This document shows positions 61,863-64,000 of a DNA stretch of 64,000 bases, piece after piece. The notes under the pieces were generated by a model. The model did not search any database, had not been told where the DNA came from, and saw nothing but the letters and a program-made list of their open reading frames with translations. The stretch comes from a virus. Its lineage: Duplodnaviria > Heunggongvirae > Uroviricota > Caudoviricetes. The DNA lies in the IMG/VR virus record IMGVR_UViG_3300032007_000002; one strand, written 5' to 3'. A program made the translations under genes and the position numbers. The stretch's first letter is position 1; each line of letters starts with the position of its first letter.

Positions 61863-61878
61863 CAAAATATAGCAAAAA
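61863..61878 (-). promoter_or_regulatory. conserved phage promoter-like motif
   Basis: caaaatatagcaaaaa; minus orientation TTTTTGCTATATTTTGGTC then ATG. Confidence 0.55.
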
Positions 61879-62421
61879 TCAAAGTATTTCGTGCTCTATG
61901 GCATGGGCAACGCCGAGCTTCACCGCCTCCTCGGCGCTCAGGTACACGTCCTCGGCCTTCGCCCTGGAAATCAGGCGCCTCGGGATGCCGACGGACTTCA
62001 TTATCTGGACGAACCTGTCGTCATAGAACTTCAAGTCCTTGCACAGCTCCATCAGCTTCGCGCAGGTGACGTCGTTCTCCTGCAACTCCGGGTAGCGGCT
62101 CATGTGGAACATCAGGCGCCCGTTCGGGTAGATCGTGCGGTAGTCGCCCATGCAGAAGATGTAGGACGCCATCGAATATGCCTTGCCGGTCAGTATGGTC
62201 CTTATCCTGAACCCGCTGTCTTTCAGCAGCTTGAACGCGTCGAGTATTCGGAACGCGTCCTCCGTGTCACCGCCGTCGCTGTGTATCACCACAGTGATGC
62301 CGCCATCGACACCGGTGAGGGACATTTCCCGGAGACCCGCGAGAAAGTTCTCGGAGGCTTCCTCGTCAATCGAGCCGGTCAGCCGGACTATCTTTGAAGA
62401 ATCGAAGCTAGGCATATCCAT
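61879..62421 (-). CDS. ClpP-family (S14) serine protease
   Basis: GSIDEE..., ITVVIHSDGGDTEDAFRILDAF, TILTGKAYSMASYIFCMGD, LMFHMSRY align with the ClpP family. Confidence 0.7.
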   Translation of the reverse strand: MDMPSFDSSKIVRLTGSIDEEASENFLAGLREMSLTGVDGGITVVIHSDGGDTEDAFRILDAFKLLKDSGFRIRTILTGKAYSMASYIFCMGDYRTIYPNGRLMFHMSRYPELQENDVTCAKLMELCKDLKFYDDRFVQIMKSVGIPRRLISRAKAEDVYLSAEEAVKLGVAHAIEHEIL

Positions 62422-62529
62422 ACAGATAGTTTAGCGCGGCATACCGCCCGCGGCAGTCCGGCCATGGCGCCTGCCCCGAAATCTATAAACTACAGCCGGA
62501 AGCGTCCGGGCCCCCATACACCGGATGCA

Positions 62530-62565
62530 GTAAAAAGGCTCCCGGACATCCGGGAGCCTTCATAA
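62530..62565 (-). terminator. rho-independent terminator after the HU gene
   Basis: Minus strand: aaggctcccggatgtccgggagcctt followed by ttttactgc. Confidence 0.6.
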
Positions 62566-62582
62566 TTCCGTCTGGCGACAGG

Positions 62583-62885
62583 TTAGCGAACCTTGGCCTT
62601 GAAGCGGTCGGCCTTGGACATCATGTCCACGCCGGCGCGGAAGCCGACGCGCTTGGAAGCCTTGATCTTGATCTTCTGGCCGTTCTGCGGGTTGCGACCG
62701 GTGCGTGCGGCGCGGGTGCGAACGCGGAAGGTGCCGAAACCGTACATCTGCACAACGCCGTCTTCCTTCAAGCCGTTCTGGATTGCGCCGAGAACTGCGT
62801 CAACCGTGCGGGTGGCGCTTGCACGGGAAGAGAGGCCGAGCTGCTTGTCAGCGAAAACCTTGTTGATGATGTCCTGCTTGTTCAT
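62583..62885 (-). CDS. HU/IHF-family DNA-binding protein
   Basis: MNKQDIINKVFADKQLGLSSRASATRTVDAVLGAIQNGL..GVVQMYGFGTFRVRTRAARTGRNPQNGQKIKIKASKRVGFRAG, canonical HU fold; start trimmed from track ORF 62583..62999. Confidence 0.85.
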   Translation of the reverse strand: MNKQDIINKVFADKQLGLSSRASATRTVDAVLGAIQNGLKEDGVVQMYGFGTFRVRTRAARTGRNPQNGQKIKIKASKRVGFRAGVDMMSKADRFKAKVR

Positions 62886-63118
62886 GTAGAACTCCTTAAA
62901 AGCTGTTTGATTTCTTCTGGAACCGGGGGTATATCGAACCAGGCAATGACCTTTTCCTTGTCGCAAAGATAGTCGTCTCCGTCCTCGGTGTCCCAGCAAC
63001 CATCGTGTTCGTTCCAGCAGGCAAATTCCTTGCCCTTGAACGGGGGATAGATTGCGACGGCCCGATCATGCGTCGCCGGTAGCTCATCCTTGCACAGTTT
63101 CCAGTCATTGTTGGCCAT
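62882..63118 (-). CDS. DUF551-domain protein (alternative start 63136)
   Basis: WKLCKDELPATHDRAVAIY...CWNEHDGCWD...KVIAWFDIPPVPE matches the DUF551 pattern. Confidence 0.5.
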   Translation of the reverse strand: MANNDWKLCKDELPATHDRAVAIYPPFKGKEFACWNEHDGCWDTEDGDDYLCDKEKVIAWFDIPPVPEEIKQLLRSST

Positions 63119-63178
63119 GATAACCTCCGTATCCATAATATATAAAATCTTTACCGCAAATCAAACAAAATAATGCAA

Positions 63179-63484
63179 TTACCACGGCTGCGGGTGAAGA
63201 ATGTCGTTGCCGCGCCACCGGTTGGCGACACGGGCGAGGACACAGAGGACGGTGCCCGTGGCCACGTCGTCAAGCGTGAGCCCCATGTAGGCAAGCCCGT
63301 CACGGTCCGCGCGGAAGATTTCCTTCATCGTCTCGCGTTCGTAGAAGGTGACCACTGTCCCGTCATCGGTCCAGGTGACGCTGTCCGGGAATTTCGGGAC
63401 ACCGCCTTCCTTGGCACCGGCCCACAGTCCCGGCGTGACCGCCTTTACGGCACCCGGCGAGAATAGCTCGTTATCACGCTCCAT
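63179..63484 (-). CDS. hypothetical protein
   Basis: Start MERDNELF; from track ORF 63179..63514. Confidence 0.4.
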   Translation of the reverse strand: MERDNELFSPGAVKAVTPGLWAGAKEGGVPKFPDSVTWTDDGTVVTFYERETMKEIFRADRDGLAYMGLTLDDVATGTVLCVLARVANRWRGNDILHPQPW

Positions 63485-63827
63485 AGGTCTCCATCTCCTT
63501 GCCGGCCTTGGCAATCTCCGTAAAGTCGCAGTTCTTTACGGCAAGGCGGAGCCTGGCAATCATCAGGGCGATTTCCCGCTGTTCGGCGACGACATAGGTC
63601 TTGTCGTCTTCTAGGTCCAGCGGACCGTCCCAGTCCCACGTCTCCTTGATTTCTTCCTTCTGGCCCATCTCGTTCGGATCAATGTCAATCGCGCCGAACG
63701 TATGTCCGGCAGCATCCTTGCCGCAGGTGAGCATCCAGCCCTGGTCGTTATAGGCGCACGGCGACCATTCGCGGATAAGCACTGGAGTGTCGAGCGCGAG
63801 AATTTCTGCCTTGGTCATTACCCTCAT
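63474..63827 (-). CDS. hypothetical protein
   Basis: ORF track; GAGGAGGAAACC SD. Confidence 0.5.
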   Translation of the reverse strand: MRVMTKAEILALDTPVLIREWSPCAYNDQGWMLTCGKDAAGHTFGAIDIDPNEMGQKEEIKETWDWDGPLDLEDDKTYVVAEQREIALMIARLRLAVKNCDFTEIAKAGKEMETYGA

Positions 63828-64000
63828 GGTTTCCTCCTCGGTACAAGCTGAGCCAGATAAGTGTCGACCATATCGGTCGCGGGTTGTTGCACATCAGGGT
63901 GAGCAGGCCAAACAGCATGCAAAGCCCCGAAAGCACTATAAATGCGGAATATGTTTCGTATGTGAACTACCCACAGCCTAAAGGCTGTGTGCTTCTAGTT

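Overview
This 64 kb window reads as the non-structural (early/middle-type) region of a large virulent phage or phage-like element from a high-GC, anaerobic, Shine-Dalgarno-using host. It has about 110 densely packed, mostly short genes in alternating strand blocks, with no capsid, tail or portal genes visible here.

Features I can support:
- an anaerobic ribonucleotide reductase pair, NrdD and NrdG (54662-57220 and 52096-52623, minus strand);
- a 13-gene tRNA array on the minus strand (34129-35203);
- an HU-family DNA-binding protein, a ClpP-family protease, an SPFH/flotillin protein, an AAA+ ATPase and a Nif3-like protein;
- four DNA methyltransferase modules: Dam-like, beta-class, one split by a LAGLIDADG intein, and one fused to a nuclease;
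- NADAR, DUF488, DUF1653 and DUF551 domain proteins;
- an AT-rich IS200/IS605-family element carrying TnpB (37225-38525);
- two further AT-rich islands: a glycosyltransferase/methyltransferase cassette at 600-4043, and a zinc-finger/nuclease/methyltransferase fusion wedged between nrdD and nrdG.

The main regulatory observation is a promoter-like motif, TTTTGCTATATTTC, present in about 20 copies. It sits immediately upstream of start codons (often within 4-6 nt) on both strands, including divergent pairs. The ORF track's recurring 'MLYF' N-termini are this motif translated, not real protein starts.

Candidates for undescribed biology are:
- a viperin/MoaA-like radical SAM operon (24524-26576);
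- the fused homing-endonuclease-like nuclease/methyltransferase (52627-54537);
- the intein-containing methyltransferase (40609-42630);
- a minimal Tpt1/ADP-ribosyltransferase-fold protein (4024-4383);
- a terminase-like ATPase with a non-canonical Walker A motif fused to DUF551 (23189-24424);
- a methyltransferase/glycosyltransferase cluster that may encode DNA hypermodification.

All domain calls are by eye from motifs; none has been checked against a database.
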